DNA of 64,000 nt, from positions 18,294-82,293 of the IMG/VR virus record IMGVR_UViG_2561511114_000002; one strand, given 5' to 3'. Shown here piece by piece: positions 20,433 through 31,126 of this stretch. A program made the translations under genes and the position numbers. Within the stretch, counting starts at the first letter, position 1. Every line of letters starts with the position of its first letter. Origin of the DNA: a virus (lineage: Duplodnaviria > Caudoviricetes). Under the pieces are notes generated by a model. It made no database searches, was not told the DNA's origin, and saw only the letters and a program-made list of their open reading frames with translations.

Positions 20433-21053
20433 ATGAGCGACACCTCCGCGGGCGAACCCGCCGCGCCCCCAACCTCCACCAAAGATCGGGTCCGCAACGC
20501 CCGCCTACCAGAACGCACCGTCGACATCTGCCTGCGAGGTGACCTGCAGGCCGAGTGGGAGGACCTGCACCGGCAGCTCGCCGACGTTGAGGCCGCCGCA
20601 GCCAAGGACAAACGGCTCAACGGCGACAAGCATGCCCGCGGTATCGCGCAGCGCATCCTCGCCGTACAGGACTGCATGCGTGAGGACACGATCGTGTTCC
20701 GTATGCGTGGCCTGCCCGGTAAACAGTGGGATGCCCTACTCAAGGCACATCCTCCACGGCCAGACAACGACAGCGACGCGCAGCTGGGCTACAACACCGA
20801 CGAGTTCATCGCCGCCCTCGTCAAGACGTGCACGTACCTGCCCGACGACCTCGACGAGGACACCTGGCGGGAGCTGCTCGGTGACAACGACACCGAGCGG
20901 GCCCGCCGACAGCGGGCCAACCTGCCGGTTGAGGACGGCAAGCTGACCGAGTGGCAGCAACGGGAGCTGCAGGACGGCGCGCTGGCCGTGAACGTGCGGA
21001 AGGTCAACGTCCCAAACTCGTTCGCCGCCTCACGGCTGACCCGGTCCTCCTAG
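20433..21053 (+). CDS. Tail assembly chaperone (G)
   Basis: Between tail tube and tape measure; slippery C CCA AAC near the 3' end. Confidence 0.8.
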   Translation: MSDTSAGEPAAPPTSTKDRVRNARLPERTVDICLRGDLQAEWEDLHRQLADVEAAAAKDKRLNGDKHARGIAQRILAVQDCMREDTIVFRMRGLPGKQWDALLKAHPPRPDNDSDAQLGYNTDEFIAALVKTCTYLPDDLDEDTWRELLGDNDTERARRQRANLPVEDGKLTEWQQRELQDGALAVNVRKVNVPNSFAASRLTRSS

Positions 21054-21481
21054 CCGAGGTCCGGGCCGCGAGGCGGCACCACATCACACTGCGGGAGTTC
21101 CGCGGATGGGTACCCGAGCACACCACCGAGTATGAGTACGACGCCGACGGTCGGATGGTGCGGTCGACGTCGTGGGTGGAGTCGGCGTGGGACGAGCAGC
21201 AGCGCGGATGGATGCTCGCTCTCGACGCGTACGAGGCGGACCTGTGCCCGCACTGCGGCGGACCGTCGAGTGTGTGTCAGTCGGCGGACGTCGACCGCAA
21301 CAACCCGCGTGCCACCTGGATCTACTGGCCGATCAGCCCCGCCGAGTGCGCGATCAGCACGGCGATGCGGGTCGGTAAACCGCAGCTGGACAAGCTCGAC
21401 CCGGACGGGCGGCGGGCGCTGATCCCCCGCGCCGTGCGGGTCCGACGCGGCGCTGCCAAACCCAGCAACGCCATCGTATGA
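21011..21481 (+). CDS. Tail assembly chaperone -1 frameshift extension (GT)
   Basis: -1 frame open from heptamer CCCAAAC (21011-21017) to 21481. Confidence 0.72.
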   Translation, partial: PKLVRRLTADPVLLAEVRAARRHHITLREFRGWVPEHTTEYEYDADGRMVRSTSWVESAWDEQQRGWMLALDAYEADLCPHCGGPSSVCQSADVDRNNPRATWIYWPISPAECAISTAMRVGKPQLDKLDPDGRRALIPRAVRVRRGAAKPSNAIV

Positions 21482-21498
21482 CAGCCCGGGGGTGAGCG

Positions 21499-24400
21499 AT
21501 GGCCCGGCGAATTGCGGTGCAGTTCATCGCCGAATTGACGCGATTCGGTCAGCAGATGCGCGGCGGCGCCGACGAGGTACGCAAGGTCCGGCAGGAAGCG
21601 GTGGCCGCCCAGCGGGAGGTGACCGGGCTCGGCGCCGCCGGTGACACGGCGGGCCGGCAGCTCGCCGACGGGCTGGTGCGTGGCCTCGACGGCAGGATCC
21701 GCGACGCCCGCGGCCGGTTCGTAGGGGCCGGTACGCGGGCGGGCCGCGATTTCGGGGACGGTTTCGAGCGTGGCGCCCGCTCCGGTATCGGCCGGGTTGC
21801 GGGCATGCTCGCCGGTGCGGCGCTGTACGCCCGCGGTTCGGCTGGCCGGGGACAGTTGGTCGGCCTGGCGGCGATCCCCGCGACGGCCGCGGCTGCGGCA
21901 GCGTCGTTGCAGGTGCTGCCGCCGCTGCTCGCTGCTGTCGGCGGTGGTCTGGGCGCGATCCCCGGGTTGGCGGCTGGTGCGGCTGGGTCGATCGGCACCG
22001 TCAAGCTGGCCACCGCCGGACTCGGTGACGCCATCGAGGAGGTGTTCGCCGACGACCGCGACCCCTACCTGCGGCTGTCGCGCAACGGGCAGCGGTTCGT
22101 GTCCGCGCTGGGCGCGCAGAAGCAGGCGCTTCTGGGTCTGCGGTCGGTGGCTCAGGACCGCGTCTTTAGGGGCCTTGACGTCGAGGTCACCGAGTTGGCG
22201 GCGGTGGCGCTACCGTTCGCCCGCACCCAGGTTAAGCGTTTTGGTGACACATGGAACACCACGTTCCGGCAGGCGGCGGCGCTCGGCCGGGACCGGCAGT
22301 TTCTGGCCGGGTTGAACAGCGCGTTTGCCTCCGCTGACGGGTTCTTCGACAAGGTGAACGCGCGTATTCCGGCGACCGGTCGGGCGCTGGGTGGCCTGTT
22401 TACCGGCAGCATCCCGTTCGTCGACCAGTTCGGCGACAGCCTGCTGGAGTATGTGGACGACTTCAACGCGTGGATCGACCGCACCAGCAGGTCCGGCCAG
22501 TTGCACATGTTCTTCCGGGATGCCGGGCAGCAGGCCGACGCGCTGCTTGATCTGACCCGCGAAATCTTTGTCCTTGTCGGCCGGATCGGCGGTATGGGGC
22601 AAGGCTCCACTCTGCTGCGGGACATGGCCGACGCCGTGGAACGGTTCAACGCCGAGGCACACAACATGCGGTCGGTGGAAGGGATCATCCGCACCGGCAA
22701 CGAGGCCATCGCCGGCGTTGTCGATGTGCTGGTGGTGCTCGGCGAAACCCTCGGGAGCACGCTCGCCGATCCGGGCACCGCCGCGGCCGTCGCCTTGTTC
22801 TTCGACGTGCTCAAAGTGGGGGCGCAGATCGTCGGCGGGTTGGCGCAGGTGTTCGGGCTGCTGCCCGACCAGATTCAGGCCGTGGTGCTGGCCGGCGCGG
22901 CGCTGGCCATCGTCGCCGGGAAGCTGAGCAAAGCCTTCGGTAAGGCGCGCCTCGCCGTGGGTGGATTCACCGAGCGGCTGCGGCAGACCGGCCCGTCGGG
23001 TGTGCAGGCCGCGGAGGGGATCGGCAAAGCCGAGCGTGCCGTCGGCCGGCTGGTTGTCGCCATGGCGGCCTTCCAGGTCGCCTCCGCCGCCTTCGGGTCG
23101 ACCCTCAACCCGCAGGTCGATGCCCTGTCCAGCCGGCTGAAAGAGTTCGCCCGCGACGGTGAGGTGGCCGGTGAGGCGGCCCGTGTCTTCGGCGGGGACA
23201 TGGACAAGCTGGAAACGGCGATCAAGGATGTCGCGGACACGGGCGCCTGGTCCGACTTCGCCCGGGGCGCCGGCGGTTTCATCGAGGGCATCACCGGGTT
23301 GGGGAACGTCGTCGATGACAGTCTCACCAAGTCGCGGGAGCGGATCTCGGCCCTCGACTCGGCGTTGACGGACATGGTGGCCGCCGGTGGGATGGATCAG
23401 GCCCGGCAGGCTTTCGACCGGATCGCCGAGTCGGCGGCCAAGCAGGGCGTATCCACCCGCGAGTTGATGACCGTCCTGCCCGGCTACGCGGCGGCTTTGG
23501 ACAAGGCGAAGGCTGCCGGGGATGGGCAGGCGCAGGCGACGGCCGCGGCGGAGCAGCGGACTCGGCTGCTGGCCGGGTCGATGCAGGACACGATCACCAC
23601 GATGGGCTCGTACACGCGGGCGTGGGAGGTGCTGAACGGCGCCCAGTTGACGGCGGATGAGGCGGCTCTAGCGGCGAAGGACGCCATTGATCAGGTGACG
23701 CAGTCGTTCGCGGACAACACCGACACGGTGACCGGCAACAGCCGGGCCGCGCTGGAGAACCGGATCGCGGTTGGGCAGGCCACGCAGGCGGCTGCCGAAG
23801 CAGCGCAACGCAAGTACGAGGAAACCGGTTCGATCATCGAAGCTACCGCGACGTACGACTCGTACATCGGCGCGTTGCGGCGCACCCTGCGGCAGACGGC
23901 CCTGACGGACGCCGAAATCGAAGGGTTGCTGGCGTCGTACGCGCAGATGCCGCCGGTCACGCAAACGCAGGTGTCGGCGCCGGGCGCGGCTGGCGCGACA
24001 CAGCAGGCAACCGGTTTCTACAGCGCGCTCAAGCGGCTACCCGACGGCAAGTTGGTGCGGGTGAATGTGCGCGGTGTCGAGTCAGCCATCAGCCGAGTGG
24101 ATCGGCTGCAAGCCGAGGTCAGGGCATTGACGGGCAAAACCATCCGTATCGGGGTCGTCGGCGGACGGGGCGGGCACCTCGAACAGCGGTGGGGCGGCTA
24201 CCACGAGCGCGGCGGATGGACGAAGGCCGCGGTCGGCCTGCTGCGGGAGGCGGCCGTCTACCCGGCCCGCTATCCCGGCCGGTACATGATCGCCGAACCG
24301 GAAACGGGCGGTGAGGCGTTCATTCCACTGCGCGGTGACCATCGGCGCAGTGTCTCCATCGCCCAGCAGGCGATGGACCACTACGGCATGGCAGTCGTTC

Positions 24401-24597
24401 CGAAGTCGGTGGTCGCTGCCGGTTGGCGGGCGATGGCGGCAATGGCGGCGGCCACGCAGGCGGGACCGGCGTCGGGACCGGTGACCTACGACAACCGGAT
24501 CAGCGTCCACCCTCAGCGCGCGGATTTCACCCTGACCGATCTGGCCGCTCTGGAGGCCCGCCGGGATGCACAAGCGCGGGTGGGAAGGCCCCGATAA
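21499..24597 (+). CDS. Tape measure protein
   Basis: 1032 aa, Ala/Gly-rich and helical; C-terminal AEPETGGEAFIPL. Confidence 0.92.
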   Translation: MARRIAVQFIAELTRFGQQMRGGADEVRKVRQEAVAAQREVTGLGAAGDTAGRQLADGLVRGLDGRIRDARGRFVGAGTRAGRDFGDGFERGARSGIGRVAGMLAGAALYARGSAGRGQLVGLAAIPATAAAAAASLQVLPPLLAAVGGGLGAIPGLAAGAAGSIGTVKLATAGLGDAIEEVFADDRDPYLRLSRNGQRFVSALGAQKQALLGLRSVAQDRVFRGLDVEVTELAAVALPFARTQVKRFGDTWNTTFRQAAALGRDRQFLAGLNSAFASADGFFDKVNARIPATGRALGGLFTGSIPFVDQFGDSLLEYVDDFNAWIDRTSRSGQLHMFFRDAGQQADALLDLTREIFVLVGRIGGMGQGSTLLRDMADAVERFNAEAHNMRSVEGIIRTGNEAIAGVVDVLVVLGETLGSTLADPGTAAAVALFFDVLKVGAQIVGGLAQVFGLLPDQIQAVVLAGAALAIVAGKLSKAFGKARLAVGGFTERLRQTGPSGVQAAEGIGKAERAVGRLVVAMAAFQVASAAFGSTLNPQVDALSSRLKEFARDGEVAGEAARVFGGDMDKLETAIKDVADTGAWSDFARGAGGFIEGITGLGNVVDDSLTKSRERISALDSALTDMVAAGGMDQARQAFDRIAESAAKQGVSTRELMTVLPGYAAALDKAKAAGDGQAQATAAAEQRTRLLAGSMQDTITTMGSYTRAWEVLNGAQLTADEAALAAKDAIDQVTQSFADNTDTVTGNSRAALENRIAVGQATQAAAEAAQRKYEETGSIIEATATYDSYIGALRRTLRQTALTDAEIEGLLASYAQMPPVTQTQVSAPGAAGATQQATGFYSALKRLPDGKLVRVNVRGVESAISRVDRLQAEVRALTGKTIRIGVVGGRGGHLEQRWGGYHERGGWTKAAVGLLREAAVYPARYPGRYMIAEPETGGEAFIPLRGDHRRSVSIAQQAMDHYGMAVVPKSVVAAGWRAMAAMAAATQAGPASGPVTYDNRISVHPQRADFTLTDLAALEARRDAQARVGRPR

Positions 24598-25526
24598 TGC
24601 CTATTTTGGTTGGCACCCTCACCGAGCCCAACCCCACCCCGCCGTCGGGCATTCCGCAGCCTGCCGACCCAGGTCGGCCGGAGGCGGTGTGGATCGCGCC
24701 GGACGGCACCGAAATCCAGTTGACCAGTGACCGGGAGCTGCACTTCACCCTCGACTCCGTAACAGGGTGGGGCGCCGCCCCAATCAGCCTGGTCGCCGAC
24801 CCGCACCCGCGTGGCGGCACCCGCGTGCGACACATCCAACCGCAGCCACGAACCATCACCTGGCCGCTGCGCATACGGGCCACCACCCACATGGAACTGG
24901 TCGCCGGCTGGCGGGACCTCGCCACCCGGTTCACCCAGACCCGCCGGCTTGGTCCCGGCCTGTTACGGATCATGCGCCCGGACGGGACTGCCCGCGAGAT
25001 ACTCGCCTACTACCAGGCCGGGTTTGCCGGTGAACCTGGCCAGGGGCACACGTGGGACACAGCGGTGCTGTCGCTGTACTGCGAGGATCCCTACTGGCGA
25101 GCAGTTGCCCCGGTCAGCACCCTCTACTCCAACGGCGCCACGGTGTCGTATCTGGACCCGTATCTGACAGTCAGCCCATCGAGTGTGCTCGGCGCGACGA
25201 CGGCGGTTAACGCCGGTGATGTGGAGGCGTGGCCAGCGTGGACGATCGTCGGGCCCGCCTCGCAAGTGCAGGCCACCAACTCGACCACCGGTGAGGCGTT
25301 CACCTTGTCGGCGACGCTGCTCGCCGGGGAGACGGCGACAATCAGCACCGATCCGCCGACGGTGCGCGGCCCGGCCGGGCAGAACTGGACCGGAAACCTC
25401 GACTGGCCTAGTGCGGTGCTGTGGGCTTTGCAGCCCGGCCTGAACAACGTCGACTTCACGGTGTCCGGCGCGGCGGCAGGTACGCAGATCACCCTCTCCT
25501 ACACCCCTCGATACGAGACGGCCTGA
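24597..25526 (+). CDS. Distal tail (Dit-like) protein
   Basis: PRTITWPL, CEDPYW, NAGDVEAWP.WTI.GP, LQPGLN. Confidence 0.82.
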   Translation: MPILVGTLTEPNPTPPSGIPQPADPGRPEAVWIAPDGTEIQLTSDRELHFTLDSVTGWGAAPISLVADPHPRGGTRVRHIQPQPRTITWPLRIRATTHMELVAGWRDLATRFTQTRRLGPGLLRIMRPDGTAREILAYYQAGFAGEPGQGHTWDTAVLSLYCEDPYWRAVAPVSTLYSNGATVSYLDPYLTVSPSSVLGATTAVNAGDVEAWPAWTIVGPASQVQATNSTTGEAFTLSATLLAGETATISTDPPTVRGPAGQNWTGNLDWPSAVLWALQPGLNNVDFTVSGAAAGTQITLSYTPRYETA

Positions 25527-25529
25527 CCG

Positions 25530-26741
25530 ATGCCTCCGATACTGTCCGCGCCCGCGCGGATCACTCTGCTGATCACCGACCGGAACCTGACCGTCCTCGG
25601 TGACCCGATCGACGGATGGACCAACCTAGATGTAACGGTGCGGTTCAACGAGCCGGCGTCCGGGTCGTTCACCGCGCCGGCGTACCCGGCCCTGCTGCAG
25701 CAGATTCGTGGCACCGCGCTCGACGAGCTGCGGCGGGTCGTCGTCATCCGCGACGGGCAGATCTTTGCCGCCGGCCCGATCGAGCGAGAGGGCCCGGAGG
25801 TGTGGTCGGCCGACGGCGGCCAGCACAGCGACCCCGGCACGATCACCGTGTACTTCGCCGACGACCTGGCCCGACTCGCCGGCCGTCACACATACCCGGA
25901 CCCCGCCGCAGCCGCTACCGGCCAGACATCGACAGCACGGTGGACGTCGACGGGCAACGCCGAGGACATCATGCGCGCCCTGGTCAACGTCAATGCTGGC
26001 CCTGGAGCTCTTACCACGCGCCGGATCCCGCAGCTGGTTCTCGGCGCCGACCAGGGCGTCGGCTCGACAATCACATTCGGTACCCGCTTCGAGGCGCTCG
26101 GCGACGCCCTGCGGTCGGCGGCGATCGCCGGTGGTGGCCTCGGCTTTCGCACCCAGCAGGTCGGCAACACGATCGAGTTTCAGGTGTACGCGCCGGTCGA
26201 CCTGACCAGCGGCGCCGCAGCCGTCCGCTTCAGCCGTGGCCTGGGCAACCTGCGGTCGTACTCGTACATCCGGGAGGCACCGACGGCTACCACGGCGATC
26301 GTTGGCGGCAAGGACGTCGGCACCTCCCGGGTCATCGTCGAACGCACCGACACCACCGCAGTCACGGCGTGGGAGCGGATGGAGGTGTTCGTCGACCGGC
26401 GGCAGTCCGACGACGTCCCCGGCTCCACCGACGAGCTTGACCAGGCCGGCGACGAGGCTCTCACCCGCGCATCCGCCCGCGCCCGGCTGTCGTCGGTCAC
26501 CGTCGACACCCCCACCCAGCGGTATGGACAGCACTACCAGCTCGGCGACCGCGTGACGATGCAGCTGCTCAGCGGTGCCGAAGTCAGCGACGTTGTCCGC
26601 GTTGTGCACCTGCAGGCCACCCCCCAATCGGGGGAGATCGTAACCGCGCTGGTCGGGTCGCAGGAGGCGTCCAGCGACCCGGGCTGGCTACAAGCAACCC
26701 GCGACCTCGCCCGTCGCCTGGCCGGGCTGGAGACAATCTGA
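25530..26741 (+). CDS. Minor tail/baseplate hub protein (ReqiPepy6 Gp37-like)
   Basis: RFNEP.SG, E.FVDRR, YG.HYQLGD.V. Confidence 0.82.
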   Translation: MPPILSAPARITLLITDRNLTVLGDPIDGWTNLDVTVRFNEPASGSFTAPAYPALLQQIRGTALDELRRVVVIRDGQIFAAGPIEREGPEVWSADGGQHSDPGTITVYFADDLARLAGRHTYPDPAAAATGQTSTARWTSTGNAEDIMRALVNVNAGPGALTTRRIPQLVLGADQGVGSTITFGTRFEALGDALRSAAIAGGGLGFRTQQVGNTIEFQVYAPVDLTSGAAAVRFSRGLGNLRSYSYIREAPTATTAIVGGKDVGTSRVIVERTDTTAVTAWERMEVFVDRRQSDDVPGSTDELDQAGDEALTRASARARLSSVTVDTPTQRYGQHYQLGDRVTMQLLSGAEVSDVVRVVHLQATPQSGEIVTALVGSQEASSDPGWLQATRDLARRLAGLETI

Positions 26742-27664
26742 TGGCAGAGACCTGGTACCCGAATCCCGGTGTCACGCAGCTGCAGCACGAGCACCTCATC
26801 GGCGTCGCCGTGCCCACCGGCGTCGTGGGACATCCGCAGGACCCGTCCCTGGTGTACGCGCCTGGCTCCGGCACCCGCGAGATCCGTTTCCGCGCCGACC
26901 GGCGGGCAGCTGTCCTCGGCTACGGCTGGGCAAACGACAACGACGAAATCGTGCGGTCCCTGGCTGACAACGCCGCCGGCGAGGTCCGGGTGGACCTAGC
27001 CGTGCTGCGCTTCGACCGTGCCGACTACTCCGTTCGCAACGCCGTCGTGTTGGGCACCCCCGGTGCCGGAGCGCCCGCACCCACCATGGACACCGGCACA
27101 TCCGGCGTCTGGGAGCTACCCGTGGCGGAGGTCGACGTCAGTCCGGGCGCGACTACCATCGCCGACACCCAGGTGCGCAACCGTGCCTGGTACATCGGCC
27201 CCGACGGCGGCTACCTGTGCACGTCGTCGACCCGACCGCCCCACTCTCCCGGCCGGCGAATCTGGGAGACCGACACCGGACGGCAAATGGTGTCCGACGG
27301 CGTGAGGTGGCTCGTGGCTGCCGAGGACGCCATCTCGCAGGTGTTGCTCAGCGCAGCCAACTGGACAGCGTCCGGCCAGTTCAATCATCTGCGGCGCCGC
27401 AACGGGGCCGTCCATATGGCGTTGACTCCGCAGCGGATCGCCGGCCCCCTGCTGGCCGGGCAGACCAGCAGCCTGGGCACCATCCCGGCAGGGTTTTGGC
27501 CGACGGAGGACCGGGAGATCGTCGGTCACGTCGTGTCCTCGGGTGCGGCTGCGGTCGGCCTGATCACTACAACCGGGCTGCTCACCGTGCGGTTCTGGCG
27601 TGCCGGAATCAACACCGGCCGATATTTGAATTTGCAGTCCGCGTCGTGGCCTGTGGCGCACTAG
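26741..27664 (+). CDS. Minor tail protein
   Basis: RVDLAVLR, WELPVAEV, GRRIWETDT. Confidence 0.75.
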   Translation: MAETWYPNPGVTQLQHEHLIGVAVPTGVVGHPQDPSLVYAPGSGTREIRFRADRRAAVLGYGWANDNDEIVRSLADNAAGEVRVDLAVLRFDRADYSVRNAVVLGTPGAGAPAPTMDTGTSGVWELPVAEVDVSPGATTIADTQVRNRAWYIGPDGGYLCTSSTRPPHSPGRRIWETDTGRQMVSDGVRWLVAAEDAISQVLLSAANWTASGQFNHLRRRNGAVHMALTPQRIAGPLLAGQTSSLGTIPAGFWPTEDREIVGHVVSSGAAAVGLITTTGLLTVRFWRAGINTGRYLNLQSASWPVAH

Positions 27665-27672
27665 GAGGAGCT

Positions 27673-29439
27673 ATGTACTGGTATGGCGGCGGTCCCGCGG
27701 ACTGGGCGATGGCCCTGGTCACCGTCGGCGGCACCGAGCGGATCCCGCAGATGCAGCCCGGCGCGATCATCACCTGCCACAACGATCAGGTCGCGGGCAC
27801 TCAGTACACCGATCTGGTCCTAGCCGACGGCACCGCGGTCACCCAGATCGTCGCGTCCCCCGGCGACACTGTTTACGGTCCGGGGACACTGCCCCGATTC
27901 CGGGCGCCGGTGCTGTCCATGTGGTTCAGCATCAACGGCGGTCCCCGAATGTTCGTCGTGTCGACGGACGTACCCGACATCATGCAGCAGCTCAGCGTTG
28001 CCGCGCAGGCCGCGCAGCAGGCCGCCGAGGCCGCCGCCACCGATGCGGCAGCCGTGGCCGAAAGTTCCTCCATCGCCGGGCACCTTGCCGAGGCGGACCC
28101 GCACCCGCAGTACCTCAACGATCCACGCGGTGACCTGCGGTACGTGCGCGCCGACGCTGGCACGGTCGCTCCCCTCGATGAGCCCCGCGAGACTTTGACA
28201 TTCGCTTCCACGCCCGCGGCCGAAAGCGCGAATATGAGTGAGGTCTGGATCACCCACGAGGGCGTAACCAGGCTCGCGGCGTGGGACAACGAACGCAACA
28301 ACCCCAGACGCGAGCAGCTACCCGGAGCCTCGTGGGACCACCTTTTCGGGGCAATCACGGCGTACAACGGCACCGGCCGCGCCGTCAACGTCGACATCCG
28401 GGGCTCAGACAACGTCCGGCGGCAGGCTGGCGGCATCGACGCCCTCGGCCGACCGGTCACCTCCGACCAAACGTGGACGCCCATCACGAACCTGGACCCG
28501 GACTCGACCGGTGCGTACACGGCTAGTACCGCGATCGGGCCCGCCCCCCTGGGCGTGCGGTGGGAAACCGACGACACGGTGCGGATGCAGGGCCGTATCG
28601 ACGCCACCGCCGTCACCGCCGGCCACACCCTGGCCGTACTACCCGCCGGCTACCTGCCTCTGTCGCAGCGGCTGCTCACCCTGCCCACCACCAACGGCCA
28701 GACGGTGACCACCGATCTGTTCACCAACGGCCGCATCGTCGCTCAGACCACCCTTGCCGGACCGGTGACCCTGGCACTCGACGACTTAACCTTCGCCCGC
28801 GTGACAGCCCCCCAACCCACGGGCAACTGGACCATAACCTCGGCGGCGATCGCCACACCCGGCACGAACAGCCCGCTCAGCCTCACCCACGCCGGCGCCA
28901 CCGACCGACTCTACGTGCTCATCCTTGCCCGTAGCTCCGCGGCGGACCCATTCACCACCGTCACCGACAACGCGTCCAACACCTGGACCCGGATCACCTA
29001 CGCGCCGACAAGCGGAACCGTCGGCCGGCGCATCGAGATGTGGACCTGCCAGCCCACCACAGTTTTCGCCAGCGTGTCCGTCGGCTTCACCGGCGCCGGC
29101 ACTGCGTATGCCAGCCTCTACGAGATCACAGGCCACCACACGACCACCCCACTCGACCAGGCCGCCAGCGACCACCGCTCATTCACGACAGCACCGGCGG
29201 CGGTCGAGATCATCCCCAGCGGCACCGGCCGTCTCGTTATCGCGGCAATCACCTCCGCCCCGAACAACCTGGCGCAGATCACCTCCTCGCCCGGGTGGAC
29301 GGCACTGCCGTCCAACAACGGCGGACCTGCTGTGGTCTACCAAACAGATCCGGCCGCCAGCGCGCCGCTGGGCGTCTCCTGGACGCTGGCCACGTCGGCT
29401 GGCTCCGGCCACGCCATCGCCGCCATCGCACCTGCGTAG
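27673..29439 (+). CDS. Tail fibre / receptor-binding protein
   Basis: AGGAGG RBS; HLAEADPHPQY fibre motif; Thr-rich beta-domain C-terminus. Confidence 0.75.
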   Translation: MYWYGGGPADWAMALVTVGGTERIPQMQPGAIITCHNDQVAGTQYTDLVLADGTAVTQIVASPGDTVYGPGTLPRFRAPVLSMWFSINGGPRMFVVSTDVPDIMQQLSVAAQAAQQAAEAAATDAAAVAESSSIAGHLAEADPHPQYLNDPRGDLRYVRADAGTVAPLDEPRETLTFASTPAAESANMSEVWITHEGVTRLAAWDNERNNPRREQLPGASWDHLFGAITAYNGTGRAVNVDIRGSDNVRRQAGGIDALGRPVTSDQTWTPITNLDPDSTGAYTASTAIGPAPLGVRWETDDTVRMQGRIDATAVTAGHTLAVLPAGYLPLSQRLLTLPTTNGQTVTTDLFTNGRIVAQTTLAGPVTLALDDLTFARVTAPQPTGNWTITSAAIATPGTNSPLSLTHAGATDRLYVLILARSSAADPFTTVTDNASNTWTRITYAPTSGTVGRRIEMWTCQPTTVFASVSVGFTGAGTAYASLYEITGHHTTTPLDQAASDHRSFTTAPAAVEIIPSGTGRLVIAAITSAPNNLAQITSSPGWTALPSNNGGPAVVYQTDPAASAPLGVSWTLATSAGSGHAIAAIAPA

Positions 29440-29546
29440 CGCGCCACCGGCAGGCACGGCCACACCCGGGTTCGGGTCGACCGCCAGCCATACGGGGCCT
29501 CGTCGCGCGCTTCTCAACCACGTACGTCTGCCCTAAAGGGAGGAAC

Positions 29547-29696
29547 ATGTCCAACCCACATCCGAACCCAGACGAAAGCCCGGAGCAGCACATCGGATTC
29601 GAGATCCCGGATCCATGGGACGACCCCGCCCAGACCGACTGGCCAGCAGCGGAGGTGAACATCGATGGCGTGGACCGTGGTCCCGAATCTGGATGA
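29547..29696 (+). CDS. Acidic 49-aa peptide overlapping the endolysin start
   Basis: GGGAGG RBS; MSNPHPNPDESPEQHIGFEIPDPWDD. Confidence 0.5.
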   Translation: MSNPHPNPDESPEQHIGFEIPDPWDDPAQTDWPAAEVNIDGVDRGPESG

Positions 29697-30483
29697 GGCC
29701 CGCGATCAGCTGAACGAGCGGTTCCCCGGCCGGGACACCAGGTCGGACGGGTCGATCGGCGACACCGCCCACCAGCGCTACCCGTCGAGTCACAACCCGG
29801 ACCGCACCGGCCGACCCGAGTACCGCGACGGCGACCAGCTCGACGAGGTGCGGGCCCGGGACTTCGACGCCGACCTGCGCGACCCGAACGGGGTCACCAT
29901 GGAACACGTCGTGCAGCTGTGGGTGACACTGGCTCGCGCCGGCGTGCTGTGGTGGGTGCGGTACATCATCTTCAACGGCCGCATCTGGCACCGCCGGCAC
30001 GGCTTCGCCACGCACGCCTACACCGGGTCGAACCGGCACACCGGGCACTGCCATGTGACGTCGGAGTTCACCCAGGCCGCCGACACGGTGCGGGGGACGG
30101 ACTGGCGGCTGGACACTCTGGGCGCTCCGGCACCGGTGCCGCCACGGCCGGCCCCCGGCCCAGCGGTGGCGTTCCCGCTCCCGGCCGGGCACTACTTCGG
30201 CCCACGCCGCGACGGGAACAGGTCGGTGTCGGGCCACTACCGCCGCCGCTTCCGGGGCAAGGCTGACCGACAGTGGCTCACCACCTGGACCAGGCAGCTG
30301 GTCCGCCGTGGCTGGCCGGCGGGCAAGGGCCGCAGGTATCTGCGCAAGGCCGGCTCCGACGGGCTCTACGGGCCGGAGTACCGGGAGCTGATCAAGGCGT
30401 TCCAGGCCGACCAGGGTCTCAGCAGGGATGGGCTGCTGGGCCGCAAGACGTGGGACGCCGCATACCGAAACCCAATCCGATAA
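29665..30483 (+). CDS. Endolysin (Zn-peptidase-like domain plus peptidoglycan-binding domain)
   Basis: SSHNPD...ARDFD...HTGHCH; C-terminal DGLYGP...IKAFQ...DGLLGRKTW. Confidence 0.85.
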   Translation: MAWTVVPNLDEARDQLNERFPGRDTRSDGSIGDTAHQRYPSSHNPDRTGRPEYRDGDQLDEVRARDFDADLRDPNGVTMEHVVQLWVTLARAGVLWWVRYIIFNGRIWHRRHGFATHAYTGSNRHTGHCHVTSEFTQAADTVRGTDWRLDTLGAPAPVPPRPAPGPAVAFPLPAGHYFGPRRDGNRSVSGHYRRRFRGKADRQWLTTWTRQLVRRGWPAGKGRRYLRKAGSDGLYGPEYRELIKAFQADQGLSRDGLLGRKTWDAAYRNPIR

Positions 30484-30501
30484 CCCGCTGGGAGATCCAC
30501 G

Positions 30502-30795
30502 GTGGAGACGCTGCTCTATGGGGCGGCGGCGATCGTCGCCATCGGCGCCGCCGCCCAAGTACTGCACAAGGTCGTCCTAGGTGCGCGTCGTGCGTCCCGG
30601 CTCGTTGACGACCTGCTCGGCGAGCCACCCCGCCCCGGCCTACTCGACGGCCGCCCGGGACTCATGGCCCGGGTGGTCCGCATCGAGGGCCGCCTGGACG
30701 CCCTCGAGGAACTGCGCCCCAACGGCGGCAGCTCGATCAAGGACCAGGTGGACCGGATCGCCCACGCCACCGGCGCCGACAAGCCCGAGCGCTGA
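30502..30795 (+). CDS. Single-TM lysis-cassette protein
   Basis: N-terminal hydrophobic helix; PNGGSSIKDQV motif. Confidence 0.72.
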   Translation: METLLYGAAAIVAIGAAAQVLHKVVLGARRASRLVDDLLGEPPRPGLLDGRPGLMARVVRIEGRLDALEELRPNGGSSIKDQVDRIAHATGADKPER

Positions 30796-30801
30796 CCAGT
30801 G

Positions 30802-31095
30802 CTATAGCCTCAGCCGCTCCCGCACCTCAGCAGCGTGCTGCTCGGCAACGACCATGTCCGCACCAGCCGCCTGGAGCAGCTCCACGATCGGTCGGTTGAT
30901 CCCGTGTGGGTCGACCAGCGCCACCCCGGCCTGAACACCCAGCAGCACCGGATCGTCGGTGACCGCCCGCACCGCGGCGACCGCCACATCCCGGGGCACG
31001 TCCCGTCGATCGCCGGTGCCATAGCGGCGGGCCACGCCGGACAGCTCGGCCAACAGCAAGCGTTGCTGCTGCGGCAGTGACGGCACATCCACCAT
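30802..31095 (-). CDS. Hypothetical protein antisense within the lysis cassette
   Basis: Fills the gap between two + strand lysis genes; helical composition. Confidence 0.55.
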   Translation of the reverse strand: MVDVPSLPQQQRLLLAELSGVARRYGTGDRRDVPRDVAVAAVRAVTDDPVLLGVQAGVALVDPHGINRPIVELLQAAGADMVVAEQHAAEVRERLRL

Positions 31096-31126
31096 CCCCC
31101 GACCCTAACCAGGAGGTTGGCCCCCG

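Noticed and set aside
27673-29439. Diversity-generating retroelement targeting the tail fibre
   Set aside because: No reverse transcriptase and no template/variable repeat pair seen
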